Assembly (NCBI GenBank): GCA_963668355.1
Contig: OY764265.1
Location: forward strand, 2,272,001 to 2,336,000
Direction of reading: 5' to 3'
From: Bdellovibrionota bacterium
Lineage (GTDB): Bacteria; Bdellovibrionota_G; JALEGL01; DATDPG01
Length of the DNA: 64,000 nt
Position 1 is the stretch's first letter. The number at the start of each line of letters is the position of its first letter. The notes under the pieces are model-generated. The model saw only the letters and a program-made list of their open reading frames with translations. It made no database searches and was not told the origin of the DNA. Both the position numbers and the translations under genes were made by a program. Positions 62,971 to 64,000 of the stretch are shown here, piece after piece.

Positions 62971-63338
62971 GCGTGTTCCTCGAGTGCCTGGTCAACGGCC
63001 CAGCGTAAGTCTTCTGGTTTAAACGGTTTTTGGTAAATGGCGCTAGGTTTCCAGGCCATGACCTCTTTTTGGGTTCGCTCGGCAAAGCCGGACAATACAA
63101 TGACGGGCAAATCCGTCAAACCCAAGGTTTCTCGAATGGTTTTCATCAGTTGCACGCCTGTTTTCTCTGGCATGGCGATGTCTGTGATGCAGACATGAAC
63201 GTCCTCTTTTTTAAGAATCTCGACGGCCTCATCGTGTGAACTGGCATGTTGAAACGTCAGGCCCTTTTTCTTCAAAATGCGTTCGATCATTTTTCTCAGC
63301 GGTTGTTCATCATCTACAATCAAAACAGTCTTGGACAT
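62967..63338 (-). CDS. Single-domain response regulator
   Basis: IVDDE, TDIAMP, LSG, KPF. Confidence 0.9.
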   Translation of the reverse strand: MSKTVLIVDDEQPLRKMIERILKKKGLTFQHASSHDEAVEILKKEDVHVCITDIAMPEKTGVQLMKTIRETLGLTDLPVIVLSGFAERTQKEVMAWKPSAIYQKPFKPEDLRWAVDQALEEHA

Positions 63339-63545
63339 GATTTAAAACTTTAGTCGGAAACCCGAAATCTTTCTAAGAAAAACGAAAGGTAGGTGAAATC
63401 AGCAGGTGATTTTTGACCCCGGGGGGTGAGCTTCTACTCGGGCCCATTTTTCAAAAATGAATAAAAACAACCACATAGAAAAACGGCCTCCTTTTTGGGT
63501 CAAAATCAACCCCGAACTTTTTTGTGCGAGAAAAAAGGTGTTTAA

Positions 63546-63558
63546 AATCAAATACTTA
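63546..63558 (+). promoter_or_regulatory. IHF binding site
   Basis: AATCAAATACTTA matches WATCAANNNNTTR exactly, just upstream of a sigma-54 motif. Confidence 0.6.
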
Positions 63559-63571
63559 AAAACCAGCTGGC

Positions 63572-63588
63572 TTGGCACGAGAAGTGCT
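63572..63588 (+). promoter_or_regulatory. Sigma-54 promoter upstream of the GAF-like gene
   Basis: TTGGCACGAGAAGTGCT = GG-N10-GC. Confidence 0.7.
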
Positions 63589-63603
63589 CTATTGGGAGGT
63601 GTC

Positions 63604-64000
63604 ATGAACGTAGAAAAAGTATTCCCAGAAAAAAAACAAGCTGAAATCAATGCATCTTCTTCTCGCTGCGCTCGGGTATATGAGCAGGCTGCCAGATTCC
63701 TGCAGCAATCCATTCCCTTCTCGCTGTCGCCTCAGTCTCATCAGCGAGGCATCGGGCTTTTGACTGAGTATCTGGCTTCCATGTTTGCCGTAAGTCAAGA
63801 TGAAGTGGCTTTCATCGTTTTGGACCCCCAAGGGCAGGACATGTTTTTCATAGCGCCACAATATTTGGCCGAGCTGACGTCAAAGATTCCTTTTAATCCT
63901 AGAGATTCATTAGCGGGCAGAGCTTTGTGTGACAAGCGCGTATTGATCGAAAACCGATCCATTGGAGTCAATCATTTGGCTTATTTTGAACGTGTTCGAC
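63604..64000 (+). CDS. GAF-like domain protein, truncated by the window edge
   Basis: Not in the ORF track; GGGAGG SD, ATG 63604, open to the end: ...FAVSQDEVAFIVLD...FFIAPQYL...IPFNPRDSLAGRA...HLAYFERVR. Confidence 0.6.
   Translation, partial: MNVEKVFPEKKQAEINASSSRCARVYEQAARFLQQSIPFSLSPQSHQRGIGLLTEYLASMFAVSQDEVAFIVLDPQGQDMFFIAPQYLAELTSKIPFNPRDSLAGRALCDKRVLIENRSIGVNHLAYFERVR

Overview
Bacterial chromosomal window of moderate GC. The proteins look deltaproteobacteria-like (Bdellovibrionota/Myxococcota-type); this is an impression from sequence style, not a computed placement. 1-14 kb: housekeeping and accessory genes (A-type-carrier/DUF59 Fe-S fusion, ATP-grasp ligase plus zincin peptidase, Cu P-type ATPase, smpB, DUF502, purM, a decayed nucleotidyltransferase module, a relocated infA, an HD-GYP/HEAT pair, a SPOR protein, rlmB). 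14-45 kb: the translation/transcription supercluster (tRNA-Thr/Tyr/Gly/Thr, tuf, rpmG, secE, nusG, rplKAJL, rpoBC, rpsLG, fusA, S10/spc/alpha genes). rplC (L3), the str-operon tuf and infA are absent from their usual positions, and EF-Tu has an unusual switch I. 45-47.6 kb: TlpA, DUF62 SAM hydrolase, fabD. 47.7-64 kb: an accessory block with a 12-gene type IV filament (T4P/T2SS-like) operon, a divergent NtrC-family activator, three GG-N10-GC sigma-54 promoter motifs, several kinases and receivers, and an unannotated ~345-bp element with terminal inverted repeats and many interleaved helices. No rRNA, CRISPR array or intact transposase was seen.
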